Positions 15,441 to 31,231 of a stretch of 64,000 nucleotides of DNA are shown piece after piece (position 1 is the first letter of the stretch; every line of letters starts with the position of its first letter). The translations under genes were made by a program, and so were the position numbers. Origin of the DNA: the human T2T-CHM13v2.0 reference genome, Homo sapiens; NCBI RefSeq assembly GCF_009914755.1, contig NC_060928.1, one strand, 5' to 3'. The notes below the pieces were generated by a model that saw only the letters and a list, made by a program, of their open reading frames with translations, was not told where the DNA came from and searched no databases.

Positions 15441-15712
15441 AACAAAATAAACCATGTTGTATCAGTTACAGCCAATCTTGAACCTGTAGAAATATGCATA
15501 AAATTATATTTTGAGTAAATTATTACAAAAAAAATTTAGATTCATTTCTAAAGATAAAACCAAATACCACAAATTAACAGCACACTCAATACAAAGAATT
15601 TTGAAACATTGTAAGTGGAAATTAGAAGTATATGTATAACTTAAGAACACTAGTTAGAAACTGGTATTTTAATAAAACCATATTTTATTGACTACTTCTC
15701 TCATCCCAGTAT

Positions 15713-16556
15713 ACGATGTCTGTCCCCTGCCATAAGCAGTAATGCCACAGTAGATTTATGCCGCACAAAAGCTGTGAGCCTTCTGCCTGGGGAAGCCCTG
15801 CAAAAAGTTCGAACAGGGGTCTGTAGACTCTTGCCAGTGGGGACAATAGGATTACTTCTAGGAAGGTCCAGTTTAAATTTAAAAGGGGTAAAAATACAAA
15901 CAGGAGTCATTGATTCAGATTACAATGGGGAAATTCAAATTGTTATATCTACTTCTGTTCCCTGGAAAGTAGAACCAGGAGAGCGTATAACACAGTTCCT
16001 GATTGTGCCATATGCAGAAATGAGGAAAAGTGAAATTAAACAAACAGGAGGATTTGGAAACACAAATAAACAAGGCCACAGCTTATTGGGTGACTCAAAT
16101 TACTGACAAACATCCTACCTGTGAAATAAGTATTCAGGGAAAGAAATGTAAAGGTTTGGTAGATACAGGAGCAGACATTTCAATCATTTCTCTACAACAC
16201 TGGCCATCCATGTGGCCAATTCAACCTACTCAATTTAACATAGTTGGAGTTGGTAAAGCCCCTGAAGTATATCAAAGTAGTTATATTTTGCATTGTGAAG
16301 GGCCCAATTGACAATCTGGGACTATTCAACCAATTATAACTTCTGTACCTATAAATGTATGGGGAAGAGATTTATTACAACAATGGGGAGCACAAGTTCT
16401 AATTCCAGAACAATTATATAGCCCTCAGAGTCAACATACAATGCATGAAATGGGGTTTGTCCCGGTATGGGACTAGGAAAAAATTTGCAAGGTTTGAGGG
16501 AAACACTTCAGGTGGAAAGACAAAGTTCCCGCCAAGGTTTAGGATATCATTTTTGA
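15713..16556 (+). pseudogene. pro: ERV pro (dUTPase + aspartic protease + G-patch), disrupted
   Basis: GRSS, GVIDSDYNGEI, GGFG motifs; LVDTGAD (DTGAD at 16162-16176); G-patch-like GMGLGKNLQG. Frameshift near 16080 and stop at 16309-16311. Confidence 0.92.
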
Positions 16557-19070
16557 TGGCAGCCATCGTTAAGCCTCCAGAACCTATGCCTTTAAAATGA
16601 TTAACAGATAAGCCAGTTTGGATAGAACAATGGCCACTAAGTAAAGAGAAACTGGAGGCTTTAGAGGAATTAGTTACTGAACAATTAGAAAATGGACATA
16701 TAGCTCCAACATTTTCCCCTTGGAATTCTCCAGTTTTCGTATTAAGAAAAACTCAGGTAAATGGAGAATGTTAACTGACTTAAGAGCCATTAATTCAGTT
16801 ATACAACCTATGGGGCCATTACAGCTAGGATTGCCTTCTCCTGCTATGATTCCAAAAAATTGGCCTTTAATCATCACAGATTTAAAAGACTCTTTCTTTA
16901 CTATCCCCTTAGCTGAGCAGGACTGTGAATGGTTTGCATTTACAATTCCTGCAGTAAACAACCTGCAGTCTGCTAAGCATTTTCACTGGAAAGTGTTACC
17001 ACAAGGCATGTTAAACAGCCCAACCATTTGCCAGACTTATGTAGGGCAAGCAATTAAACCCACTCATAAAAAATTTTCAGTGTTACATTGTTCATTATAT
17101 GGATGATACCTTTGTGCTGCCCCCACTCAAGAAGTATTACTCCAATGTTATGATCACTTGCAAAATTTGATTTCTCGCACTGGTTTAATTATAGCTCCTG
17201 ACAAAATTCAGACTACTACTCCTTACTCCTACTTGGGTACCTTAGTAAATGACACTACCATTGTGCCACAGAAAGTAACCATACGTAGGGATCAATTGAA
17301 AACATTAAATGACTTTCAAAAGTTACTAGGGGACATTAACTGGATACGACCTGCTCTAGGCTTTCCTACCTATGCCATGAGTAATCTATTTTCTATCCTT
17401 AGAGGAGATCCTGGTCTCACTAGCCCTCAGCAATTAACAAAAGAAGCTGAGGCAGAGCTGCAGCTAATCAAAAAGCAAGTCCATAAAGCTCAAATAAATA
17501 GAATAGATCCAGAGAAGACTCTTGATTTGCTAATTTTTCCAACTCAGCATTCACCTACTGGTGTTATTGTCCAAGAGCAGGACTTAGTAGAGTGGCTTTT
17601 TCTTCCACATACTAATTCACAGACTCTATCGCTACTACGATAGGAAATGGGAGAACTTGGATTGTTAAATTACATGGATATGATCCTGGAAAAATTATTG
17701 TCCCTCTCACGAAGGCACAAATATAGCAAGTTTTATAAATAGTCTTACTTGGCAAACCCATTTAGCTGACTTTGTGGGTATTCTCAATAATCATTTTCCT
17801 AAAACAAGACTGTTTGAATTTTTGAAATTAACTAATTGGATTCTCCCTAAAATAACTAAATGTAAACCAATTTGAAAGTGCTGAAAATGTTTTTACAGAT
17901 GGGTCTAGTAATGGTAAAGCTTCTTATTCTGGCTTGAAAAGTAAAGTTTTTCAGACGCCCTATAGTTCAGCTCAAAAAGCAGAGCTTGTAAGCTGTTAAT
18001 TGAGGTATTCACTGCTTTTAATATGCCTATTAATGTGATTTCTGATTCTTCAGATGTGGTTCATTCCACACAGATAATTGAAAATGCTCAGTTACAATTT
18101 CATACAGATGAACAACTGATGACCTTATTTACCCAATTGCAAACAGCAGTTAGGAGTAGAATGCACCCTTTTTACATCACCCACGTTAGGGCTCATATGC
18201 ATCTTCCAGGACCTTTAACTGCAGAGATTTAAATGGCTGATTGCCTAGTTGCTAATGCAATATCTAATGTTCGACACTTTCACAATTTAACCCCTGTTAA
18301 TGCCTCTGGTCTCAAACACAGATACAGCATTACCTGGAAAGAAGCTAAAGCTATTATCCAGCAATGCCCAACTTGCCAAATGGTGCGTTCCTCATCTTTT
18401 ACAGGAGGAGTTAATCCTTGAAGATTGGAACTTAATTCTCTTTGGCAAATGGATGTCACACATGTTCCCTCATTTGGAAGACTAGCTTATGTACATGTAT
18501 GTGCGGACACCTTTTCTCACTTGTCTACATGCCAATCAGGAGAGTCTTCTGCCTGTATTAAACGTCACCTTTTGCAGTGTTTTGCAGTTATGGGCATTCC
18601 AGCTTCTATTAGAACAGATAATGCCCTAGGCTATACTAGCCAAGCTCTAGCTATATTTTTCTCTATATGGAATATTAAACACATTACTGGTATCCCATAT
18701 AATTCTCAAGGACAAGCCATAGTGGAAAGAATGAATCTCTCCCTGAAACAGCAGTTGCAAAAACAGAAAGGGGGAAATGGATTATGGGACAGCGCACATA
18801 AAATTGAATCTAGCATTATTAACTTTAAATTTTTTTAGCCTGCCTAAAGGCCAGATGTTAGCAGCAGCTGAACAGCATCTACACAAACCAGCTACAAAGA
18901 CAGAAGGAGAACAACTGGTTTGGTGGAGAGATCTGATAATAAAAATTTGGGAAATAGGTAAAATAATAACTTCAGGTAGAAGTTATGCTTCTGTTTCTCC
19001 AGGACCGAATCAACAGCTGATTTGGATACCATCAAGACGTTATCATGAGCCAGATGCTGAGGAATAGATT
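16550..19070 (+). pseudogene. pol: ERV pol (RT, RNase H, integrase), multiple frameshifts and stops
   Basis: [35 protein letters not shown] at 17096-17107, [33 protein letters not shown]. Confidence 0.95.
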
Positions 19071-19447
19071 CCGGGAGGATTCCAAGGACCCACCAGTTGT
19101 AGCCATGTTGAGACTGACACTGAAGAGGACCCCAACTATCATGTGCAACCCCTGTTGAACACAACCACCTACCTGGGGACAGGTCAAGAAGCTGTCACAG
19201 ATGGCAGAAGAAAACCTGAGGAAAGCAGGACAACCAGTCACAATGAGTGGTCTAATGGTAGCTATAATAGAGTTGATCACCATTTCCATGAGTATTCCTT
19301 CAACAAGGGCTGGCACAGAGAACAATTATACTTATTGGGCATATTTATCAATCTTGGCTGGCAATAATGCCTGGATGTAATCACTCTCTGACACAGTTAC
19401 ACATGTTTTCTGATCTCAGTATTTACCATAATAAATCTGCTCCTATA
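19045..19447 (+). pseudogene. env: ERV env leader and SU N-terminus, truncated
   Basis: Hand translation from 19165 gives PPTWGQVKKLSQMAEE...LMVAIIELITISMSIPS...NYTYWAYL, matching HERV-K env leader and SU start motifs. Confidence 0.8.
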
Positions 19448-21179
19448 TGTATATGTATACTGTCGTAAAGTAAATAGAACTGCAATTTATGATCATAACC
19501 ATTTTAACAACTATTTTAATATCCTATGTTGTATACTTCTCTAGCACATTTCAAAGTGAAATAATTTTATTCTCCTTTAGGAAAGTGGGAGTTTATCTGT
19601 GGCAGTATTGTTAAGCAGGAGTTGTGGGCTCTGTGTTGTATTCCCAATGCTGTGCTCTCCCTCCTCACTTCTGAATATCTAGTCTCTGTAAAACAGTGGA
19701 CCAGAAGATGACATTTCAGGGTTTATTACTGCCAGATATTTTCTGTATTTAAATATGTAGTATCTCAGGTAAAAGACTGAGGAGGCCATGAAATCCAATA
19801 TAACTTTGTCTATTATAAAACACTGTTTTAAAAGTGTGTCCATTTTAGTTGCTAGGTTCAAGTAACTCAGATCCATTGTTGGGGTGAGAAAATTTTTTCA
19901 ACACGATTCAGGAAAAATTTACAAATTTTTAATCTTCTATTTGTTTTCTTCCCTGAGTTTAATTTAGGGAAACTTCTTAGTTATAAAATGAATATTTTTG
20001 TTTTAAAAAACCACCATTTTAGGAAACGCATAGGCTGCCACTTGAAGAATTTCTGTATTTGGGGCAAAATAAAGATAAAGAACTTCAGTGTTTAGGCAAG
20101 TATAAATAAACTAGCATATTTCTATCATTCTCAGCACTATGTTACTAATGCCATTACAACATTTAATCTTCAGATATTAGAGACAACTTTCTTTAGAGAT
20201 GGAAGATCAATTAATCTAAAAAATGTCTGGTACACTCATGATTCACTCATGATTCACTCAAATTGAATAATTATACTCCATTTACACCAAGCTTTATGGA
20301 ATGACAGTGATTTTTCACGAGTTTTTGAAACCATCAACTTGTGATTATTCACTAAGTGTTTTTAGCTCTATTAGTTATATATGACACATTCCATATTATA
20401 TACATGTATTGCTCTATTAATATATATTATATATGTAAACTGTTATTAGAAAAATCTTTTCATCTTAAAAAATACTATAGTGCTCCTCCTTTATGAGAAA
20501 GAGACATAAGATTTAAATTATACCGAGAAATATTATTTAGCACTTTGGCCATAGTAGCTTTGAAAACATATTTATATATGGATTGCTTGATTTTACAGGC
20601 TTAATTCTAAGTCCAATGAAACTCTACTTCATTAATGTTTTCAGTTTATAAACATATAAAATAATCATGCATTTTTACTCCTTAGAGTATTTTTTAAAAG
20701 TTTAAAATTACATAGATTGAGAAATGTTATGTCAGAGTATGGTCAGGCTGTGCCTAAAGATCATAAATGTTAAGGAACTATTACAACCTGCAGAAATCCA
20801 TTCCACTTTTTGCAATCTGTTAGTAATCTCACCCCATTTCTTCATACATATGCTTTTTCAGAGAGCTCATTCTATTTTTCTGTAGCAAGCAACTGATCGT
20901 TCAGTAAATTTAATCCTAACGACCAATAAGGAAAATCAGTATTTACCATGTTTCTTCCATGACAGCCACTCTCTAAAAGTTTCTTTCTCTTTACCATATT
21001 CTTGTAATATTTCTACTGTGGCATGTTTCAAACAGACTAGCACCATTGCATCAACTCTAAATACCTTTATGTTACACTAATAGTTGTTTAAACTATAAAA
21101 TCTATAGTAGTTCCGTTTAACTTTTCTCTGAGAAATGAGTACATTTTCTTAGTCATCTGTCCACTAATATTTTGGAAAA

Positions 21180-22005
21180 AGAAGGCCAGCGCAGTCATTT
21201 CTTCCCTTCTGTCAGACATAATTCCTCGGTTTAGCCTTCCCACCTCTATACAGTCCGATAACGGACTGGCCTTACTAGTCAAATCACCCAAGCAGTTTCT
21301 CAGGCTCTTGGTATTGAGTGGCTCCTGGTTTTACCTCAAACTGCCACCCTTAAGTCTCTCTTTAAGTGGATAGAAGATCTTCAGTGACAAAGTACACTCC
21401 AATACTTTCACCCTAATGAAGTCCTATTCTTTACTTTTATACTCACTCTTATTCTCATTCCCGTTCTTATGCCACCCTCTACCTTTCCCCACCACTCTAT
21501 CTCCACCACTCTATCAATCTCAGCCACTCCCTCCTAGCCATTTCTAATCCTTCTTTAATAAACAATTGCTGGCTTTCCATTTCTCTTTCCTCCAAAATCA
21601 CTGAGGCCTCGACTTACTCAATGCTAAAAAAAAAAAAAAGGTCGAGGGGACTCTGTATATTTTTCAGTGAAGAGTGCTGTTTTTCCCTAAATCAATCTGG
21701 CCTGGTATATGACAACACTAAAAAAGAACCCTCAAAGATAGAGCCTAAAAACTTGCCAACCAAGCAGGTAATTATGCTAAACCCCCTTGGACCCCTTTGG
21801 ACACTCTCTAATTAGAGGTCCTAGGTCCTCCCAATTCTTGGTCCTTTAATACCTGTTTTTCTCCTTCTCTTATTCGGATCTTGTGTCTTCCGTTTAGTTT
21901 CTCATTTCATACAAAACTGCATCCAGGCCATCACCAATCATTCTCTACAACAAATGCTCCTTCTAACAACCCCACAATATCATCCCTTACCCCAATATCT
22001 TTCTT
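21180..22005 (+). mobile_element. HERV-H internal fragment (integrase remnant plus deleted env), no LTR
   Basis: agaaggccagcgcagtcatttcttcccttctgtcagacataattcctc...caggccatcaccaatcattct...ccccacaatatcatcccttac is characteristic C-rich HERV-H internal sequence. Confidence 0.85.
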
Positions 22006-23049
22006 TTTTATGGAAGAAAAAAATCTTCCATAAAGAAAATCATCTTCGATGACAAAGTACACTCCAATACTTTTTTTGTTTTTGTTTTTAACTCTTATTT
22101 TATTCTGTTAATGATCTCATCAAAATCATGTAGCTTTATACTGGGTGGGATTGGGGCACATCTTAGTTTCTCTTGAATCTCCTCAGGCCTTTTAAATCAG
22201 GTTCAGCATCTGAATTTTTAATATTAAATTGCATACATTAAATTCCATTATAACTAGAAAAAAAAGAATATCAACAATTTATCTATGTTACTTGCTCAGT
22301 CCTTGAACATCGAACTTTGTGGTGAAAACTTTTATTTTATTTGACTTTCCATTGTCAGATAGGACTCTCAGTAGAAGTATGAGAACTAAAAAAAAAAAAC
22401 AGAAATCTTGAATACAATAAATATATTAATGGTTAATACAATTACTTCTAATTTAAATTTTAATTATTTACACTATACAATCATATTTATTTGTGCATTC
22501 ATTAATTACATGAAATATCCTAAATATATATTTAATCTTAAGTATGTTTCAAATCAATCTAAACATTTAGGCATTTTAATCATAATATAGTTTGACACAC
22601 TATATTAATTACTAATTTAATTTCCATCAGTATCCAAATAAAATTTATATTTTAGTCTGAAAGTAATGAGGAATGGTCAAAACATTTTCTACATGGAGTG
22701 ACACACCATACTGACTGAGACTAAATTATCATTTTGGGCAATTATACATTGTGAAAAAATGTTTCATTATGTTTATTATGATTATCATCTATTTTAATGT
22801 TATATTTGTCATTATTCAGTAAACCTTTACTGAATTTACAGTTAGAATAAAATACAGTTTAAGAAAGACATATCTCTACTCAAAGGTGTATCCCAAATAT
22901 CAAGCAGAATGAATATAAATCTAGACTAATAAAAATTGTGATAAATCTATGAAATATCAATTTTATACAGAATATTTAAAAATTATCAAAAGCCAAAACA
23001 GTTAAATATTATGTGTTTTAAACAAAAAAAATATAAATCTTCTTAATAA

Positions 23050-23270
23050 CGATGGTAGAAATCAATGGAGTCATGTCTCCACAGCGCTAAGGGAAAATCA
23101 CTGGTGATCTAAAAATTTGTATACAGATGAACTACACATCAAGATTGACAATAAAATAAAGACATATTTAGGAATAAAAAACAAAGAAAGTTGATCACCT
23201 ATTATAAAAAGTAATACAAAACATATAACTCAGTGAGAAAATAAGCGAAACTGAAGGGAATGTGAAGGAA
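23050..23270 (+). mobile_element. Ancient L1 ORF1-region fragment
   Basis: agaaatcaatggag...gggaaaatcac...aaaataaagacatattt resembles degenerate L1M ORF1 3' sequence. Confidence 0.5.
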
Positions 23271-24589
23271 AAAGAAACAAAAGTAAGACAACTTTAAATG
23301 TTTCAGAAATGTTAATAATCTGGTAAATGTAAAATTTAAAATATCACTTTTTAAAGGTCAAACATAAATTCTAAACTAAAATAGCAAGGGATAGATAAGT
23401 GAATTTTAGAGTTAAATTTGCCAAAATTCTTGTTAATATTAATAATTAATAACAATATGTTCTCTTTTCTAGAATCCAACTATTAACATTTTAAAGTTAA
23501 TCACAAAAATAAGAATATAATATACAACTTTTGAAAGTTTTTCAAACCAAAACAAGCTTATAAAAGAGAAAAGCAAACAAAAATAATAGAGTAAAAACAA
23601 AATCTGCATTAATAATAATAAAATCAAACTGAAATATGAAAAATAAAGAGGAGGGAAGTAGTTATGTCTAAATTCTAAGTTACAAATATAAGCCTGAATA
23701 TCAGTATCAGCAACAGATGAAATGTATTCTATGGCAAAAAATTAAGAGTACAGCAAATATTTTATATATAATAATAAAATCATTTACGTATTGTAAAAAT
23801 TACTAAAATTAATACAATTACCATATTTAGTCAATAAACATATAAAGTAACAACAGAAATAAAAAGTGAAATGAACAGCTCTAAAACCAGAAAATTATAG
23901 ATCATACAGATTAAAGAATTTTTTGACTTGATTGAGCATTGAAATAAATTTTATTGAATGAGAGACAGAAAGTTTATTTTAAATGTGTATTTTAATGCAT
24001 TTGACGAGTGTTTTCTTTGAAGATACGTGTTTAACTGCAACTGTGTGAATGTGTTTTTATTTCTCTGCATTTAATAAGTAAAATTACAGAATTTGGGAGG
24101 ATCTTTTTAATATTCAATAAGTATTATATTACATATTACACAGAATTAAGATTGATGTAATGCATGTTATAACAACGAAGATACCATTAACTTTATAATG
24201 TAACATTCTTTTAGCTATCACCAAGAAAGAAAAATTATTCCCATTTAATAGTCAAACAATGATTTTTTTTTTACTTAGATTTGCTTTACTCTTCTTGAAA
24301 GATTTGCATGAATTAATTTAGGCATAGTTTCTTTTGTACATTTCACATGTGCATACATTAAACGGAAAATATCAGCAATAGCAATAGGACAATTGCTTAT
24401 CCATTAGGAAAAAAAAAACAAAGTTGGATTAATGTCCTACATTAAAATACATCAAAAATGGAATAGAGCCCAAAGGTGTATCATTAAAACTTTTAGAAGG
24501 AAAAGAGATTTTAATAAACTATGGCAGTGTAAAAGTGTTTTTCAGTTTGGTTATTTGTTTGCTTTTTGCTAAGGCTATCTTTCTTTGTT

Positions 24590-25640
24590 TCTTTTTTAAA
24601 AATATGTGACTCTATTTTATAGAACAGCCACAGGTTTACAGCAAAACTTAGTAGAGAGGGCAGTAGTTTTCTATATAAGCCCTCCTCAAACACATGCAAA
24701 GCATCTTCTACTCTCAACATCCTGCATCAGTGTGGTTAAAATCTATGAATCAACATTGACATGTAATTATCACCCAAAGTTCATAGTTTATACAAGGGTT
24801 CACTCTTGGTGTTGTACATTGTATAATGTTTAGACAAAGGTAAAATTATATGTATTTACCAATATAGTATTATACAGAATCATTTCGCTGCTCTAAAAAT
24901 CCCCTGTGTTTCACCTGTTTATCCTCCCCTCCCACCCCAAACCTGTGATCTTTTTAATATTAGACATAGCTTTGCCTTTTCCAGAGTGGCATAGTTAGAA
25001 TAATACAATATGTGTCTTTTCAGATGGGCTTATTTTACTTGGTAACATACATTTAAGGTTCTTTCATGTCTTCATAGGGCTTGATAACTCGCTTGTTTTT
25101 AGCACTGAATAATATTCCATTCTATACATATACCACAGTTTATGTATCTGTTCCTCTATTGAAAGACATCTTAATTGCTTCCAAGTTTTGCAATTTTGGC
25201 AATTATGGGTAAAGCTTCCATAAATATCCATGTGCAAATTTTTTGTTCAAGGAAGCTATCTACTCATTTGAGTAAATATCAAGAAGTGCCTTTGCTGAAT
25301 CACATGGTAACAACATGTACAGTTTTGTAAAAAACGAAACAAACTGTTTTCTGTGGTGGCTGTATCATTTTGTGTTCCCACCAGAAATGAATAAAAATTT
25401 CTCTACTAGCATCTGGTTGTCAGTTTTTGGATTTTTATCATTCTAACACATTTGTAGTAGTATCTAACTGTTGTTTTAATTTGCAATTCCCTAATGACAA
25501 TTGATGTTGAGGATCCTTTCATATGCTTCCTTTGCCATCTGTAAATCTTCCTTGGGAGGGTGTCTTGTTAGGTCTTTTCTCATATTTTAATCACACTGAT
25601 CATTTTCTAATTATGAATTTCAAGAGTGCTTTGAGATTGA
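24590..25640 (-). mobile_element. L1MC 3' end
   Basis: ttatcacccaaagttcatagttta...gggttcactcttggtgttgtacatt is an L1MC1/2 3'UTR hallmark. Confidence 0.88.
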
Positions 25641-28169
25641 AAGAGTTCCTTGGAAAATTATCTTTTGGATAATTTATTGCACAGCTTCAAATCTCTCAAC
25701 ATTCTATTGACCATAATCAATAAAAGGATAGGTTTTCACTTTATGACTCACCTTAAATTACATTGTCGGTCATTTAAAAAATAGCTTTGCATACAACATC
25801 AAAATATTTGTCACTTTCCTGCTTCTTTATACATAATTAGTAAAAGTCCCAATCTAGGATTCAACTTTTTGCCTACACTATAACTGCACTTACGTAGGTT
25901 ATCATGTCTGAGGAAAAAATGATATAATTCAACCATACTGACTGGTATCCCCTTAAAATCATAACCACAGCATTTAGAGGGTCTTTACTGTTTGGTGAGA
26001 GCATTAAAAAGAAACCATTTTACTGTATAATGTCTAATAAATAATGTGAATGTCTTGGAGTCCATCTAACACAGTTAACATTACAACTTATAGTTAGATC
26101 ATATTTAAATTTTCTCTCCTCCAGTAAGTGGAAATTTTTGATTCATATTTTATATAAACATTTTTGTGGTAATTGAATTTAATTAAATTTTCCTTTGTCA
26201 AAATGTATCTTAATTTTAAAGTATTGGTATTAACACGTTTATAGCATCGCCTTATGATTTATCCTTTAATTCCTCTAAAAATCACATTAAAATAAAAATC
26301 AAGCAATTTTTATTTTACTTTAACTTAATTGAATTTTTAAATCATTGTGTAGTTCCACCAAAAGAAAATGATATTAAAACAGGAAATAGACTTTACATAA
26401 TTTTATTATTATATAATAAATCAATTATTGTGGTAAATTCCAAGTGATTGCAATTTGTATTTATGAAACATCTGCCTCTATGCAGCATGTTAATTCTAAT
26501 CCATTTGAGAAAATTATCCAATGACAAAACTACTTTTCCATAAAGTAAAATGGAATAGGATTAATATATGTACTTTTTAAACTAATGAAGCAACAATAAA
26601 TAACTTACATGACTTAGTAAGAGAAAATTATGAAACCATATTTTTAAATATTAAAACATAGAAATGATTGCATTATATAAATTCAGAAACCCAGTATTTC
26701 CTTATATGTGTGCTAGATCTCGTGACGTGTACTGGATTCCATGAAATTTAACCTAGAGCTTTTCACTTCTGTAAGAAAGGCTATGTATACATAATTTCAA
26801 AATCAATATTTTATTATCACATTTTTACTTTCTATAGTAAAGTCTTATGGAATTAGTCATTAATGCTTTTTAATTAGAAGACAAATTTTCTAATACACTA
26901 TGTATTATTACAATAGAGGCATCTCACTTGTACAGGTGTTTTCAAGGAAAGACAAATAGTCTAAAGTAAAATGACGAAGGGAGCTCACAGAGCTATACAT
27001 TAGACAAGTCAAAAGCTTCTTGATTTATTGAAGGCTCCTGGCAAAATTATTTAATACAAATTATAAAGTATTCTAGAAAGATTTTTTTACTCTAATTTAT
27101 ATAGGAACTGTGATGTAGTGATATATTAGTGATATATATAGTGTGGTTTTTTTTTCTCTTAAAATCAGCAGTGTATTAGTCTACAAATAGAGAGCCAATG
27201 GAAGTATTAACATAATTTATATAGGCTGCAAATGTTAAGTGTTTTATTCAGTGTAGAAATAAATCTATCTCTTTGATTAAATCCATCAATTAAGTCGATG
27301 GCTGAAATTCATTAAAATAGATGTATAGCATGCTACTGAAGACAAGCAAATGGCTCATCTATCACTACTAAGCAAACGATTGTAAGAAAAAAATGATATG
27401 GAAAAGATAGCACTTTAGCTTTCAATTTGCATCAGATTAGAAATACAATATATGGTTAACATTGTAAACGCTAATCACAAAACCCTTATACTTGTTCCAA
27501 GAGTTCTTAAACAACATGTTTTCGTAAGTAACTTCACTATTTTAATTGGTAAATCTATAGACTCTTAATTTGCATAAACACAATTGAAGCACAAATTTTA
27601 AAAAAAGAGACAAATCAAATTAATATTATTTTCAGTTAAAGCACTATCATAGAAACTATGCATTTATTTCCTGTGGAATTACTTTCCTTAAATTTAAATA
27701 TTTTGTAAGTCTGGAGAAAAATTCAACTGATAAAAGTTGTGATAAAACAAGCATTAAAAAATCTATATATAATTTATTGAAATGTGATTTTTATCACAAG
27801 CTTAATAATAAAATTCAGTTCAGAGAGAGTAATCATTAATCCACAATTGCCAATATCTTTTCTGAGTCAAAATTTCAATTCAAATCTCTATCATTCCAAA
27901 TCATGTGCACCTTTCTAAATGTCCCAATGCCTCGTGTAAGATCATTTTGAAGTACAACACATTGATAAATTTAGCAATTCAATTGAAGCAATCAGAAAAA
28001 AATAGATTTTTGTACAAGATAAAAAATTATAAGAATAATGATGTCTTTTCAAAATTTTATGTCATTTTAAATAAATTAAAATTACATTATTTCATTTTAA
28101 AAACTTTTTAATTTACCTAAGTAGTATTTGTTGATTATCTTTTATATTTTTAAATAAAATGTTTTATGT

Positions 28170-29078
<909 letters not shown>

Positions 29079-29599
29079 GGCCACAGTACTATACAAACTT
29101 TTTTTTCCCCAACAATTATTGATTCTTCTTTTCATCTACATTATTGTGGTTTTTGAGAGACTAAAATTAGCACTAGTAAGGAAAGCTTTATTTCTTAATC
29201 CAGATTATTATTTCTATTTCCTTCTCTTATTTTCTCTCCTCCTCATTTATCTCTTCAACTCCTTCTCTGTCTCATTCTTCTTTCCAAATTTCTTAAGAAC
29301 AAACCAGTATTTTAAATAAAGAATGTATGCTATTACCATAGTAAGGGAATTGGAGGTTTTTTTAATTCCAGTAGATTTTAATATAACATTGTTTGAGATA
29401 TGATTGTTAGAGTCATATTTGAATATTTTAAAGGCAAGTTACTATCACATATAAAACATATACTTTCATTGGACAGTTGTTTTACTGTGGCCACTCTTGT
29501 TTAAGAACATTTTGATAGCAAACCAGCATAACACTTTTTGAAAATTCTATCCACTGGTGATGTGTGTAATTCTGTCAGTTGGATTGACACCAAATATGT

Positions 29600-30110
29600 A
29601 TTGTTTGAAACATCTGCTGCTCCTCCTGAGGAAGGATTATACTGCCATATCCTATCAATGTCAGGATTGTCAGTGTTATCCACAGTGTCTCTCTTTGCAC
29701 AAGGATCATACTTCCCTCCATGCCCAGTTATCTCAGATTTAGTCATTAGGATTTGTGGTTCGCCATCTAGAAAAAAAGTTATACATTTTGAAATCAAGAG
29801 AGGTCATGTAAATCATTTTGGTCAATGAAATTAGTGTGGAAGTGATATGTATCATTTCTGAAGTTTTAAAAGCCAATTCACAGTTAGCTTTATTTCTTTG
29901 TTCCCTTTGCCAAGCAAATGGCATGCCCACAAGAGTCTGTTTTTTCAGCCTGGACTGGAGGGAATATAACATAAAGCAGAGACACATTGGTCCCACAATG
30001 AACATTTAGCAGGCAATAGAAATAAATTTTATCTTCATAATCCATATAAAATAATTATAAATAAATGTTTCATTGAGATTTGGACTTGTTTATTAACAAA
30101 AATAGCATAC
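29600..30110 (+). mobile_element. Old MLT1 (I/J-like) LTR
   Basis: ggtcatgtaaatcattttggtcaatgaaat...gaagtgatatgtatcatttctg...agaaataaa...gagatttgg...ttgtttatta. Confidence 0.55.
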
Positions 30111-30444
30111 TGTATCTATAATAACAATTGTAGTAACTAAAATTTATTAAAACTGAAGTTAGGACAAAATATAAACTAGTTAAAATATAAATTTTAGTGT
30201 GATTCAAAAAATTTCATGATGTATCAGTGATGGGATCTGCTTTATTCTGAAGGTCAGATTTTTTTAATAACAGTATCCGTATGATGAGAAATAAATGCTT
30301 TGATCAATAAAAATTATCTGAAAATTTGAATCTATGACATTGTGATTGATTTTTTTTTAATGTTGCAATCCCTTCTGTTGCTACTATAAAGTCAGAGGTG
30401 TTGGCCCTATAAATAAATATTTCAACCAAATTAATTTTAAGGGT

Positions 30445-31217
<773 letters not shown>

Positions 31218-31231
31218 TTAACTCTTCTAGA

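Larger units (their letters stand above)
15694..19447 (+). mobile_element. HERV-K (betaretrovirus-like, probably HML-3/HERVK9) internal fragment without LTRs
   Basis: Ordered dUTPase, protease, G-patch, RT, RNase H, integrase and env leader. No gag or LTR is recognisable on either side. Confidence 0.93.

Noticed and set aside
15694-19447. Functional retroviral dUTPase, RT or integrase
   Set aside because: Multiple frameshifts and stops break every domain, and there is no LTR promoter.
19600-19620. tggcagtattgttaagcagg resembles miR-34/449 mature sequence
   Set aside because: The seed is imperfect and there is no complementary hairpin arm, so it is likely chance.
19581-19768. Possible + strand exon (tctcctttag| ... 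cag|gtaaaa)
   Set aside because: Weak donor, no coding signal and no independent support.
29501-29828. Overlapping 96-98 aa ORFs on both strands
   Set aside because: They overlap a degenerate MLT1-like LTR and show no protein motif.
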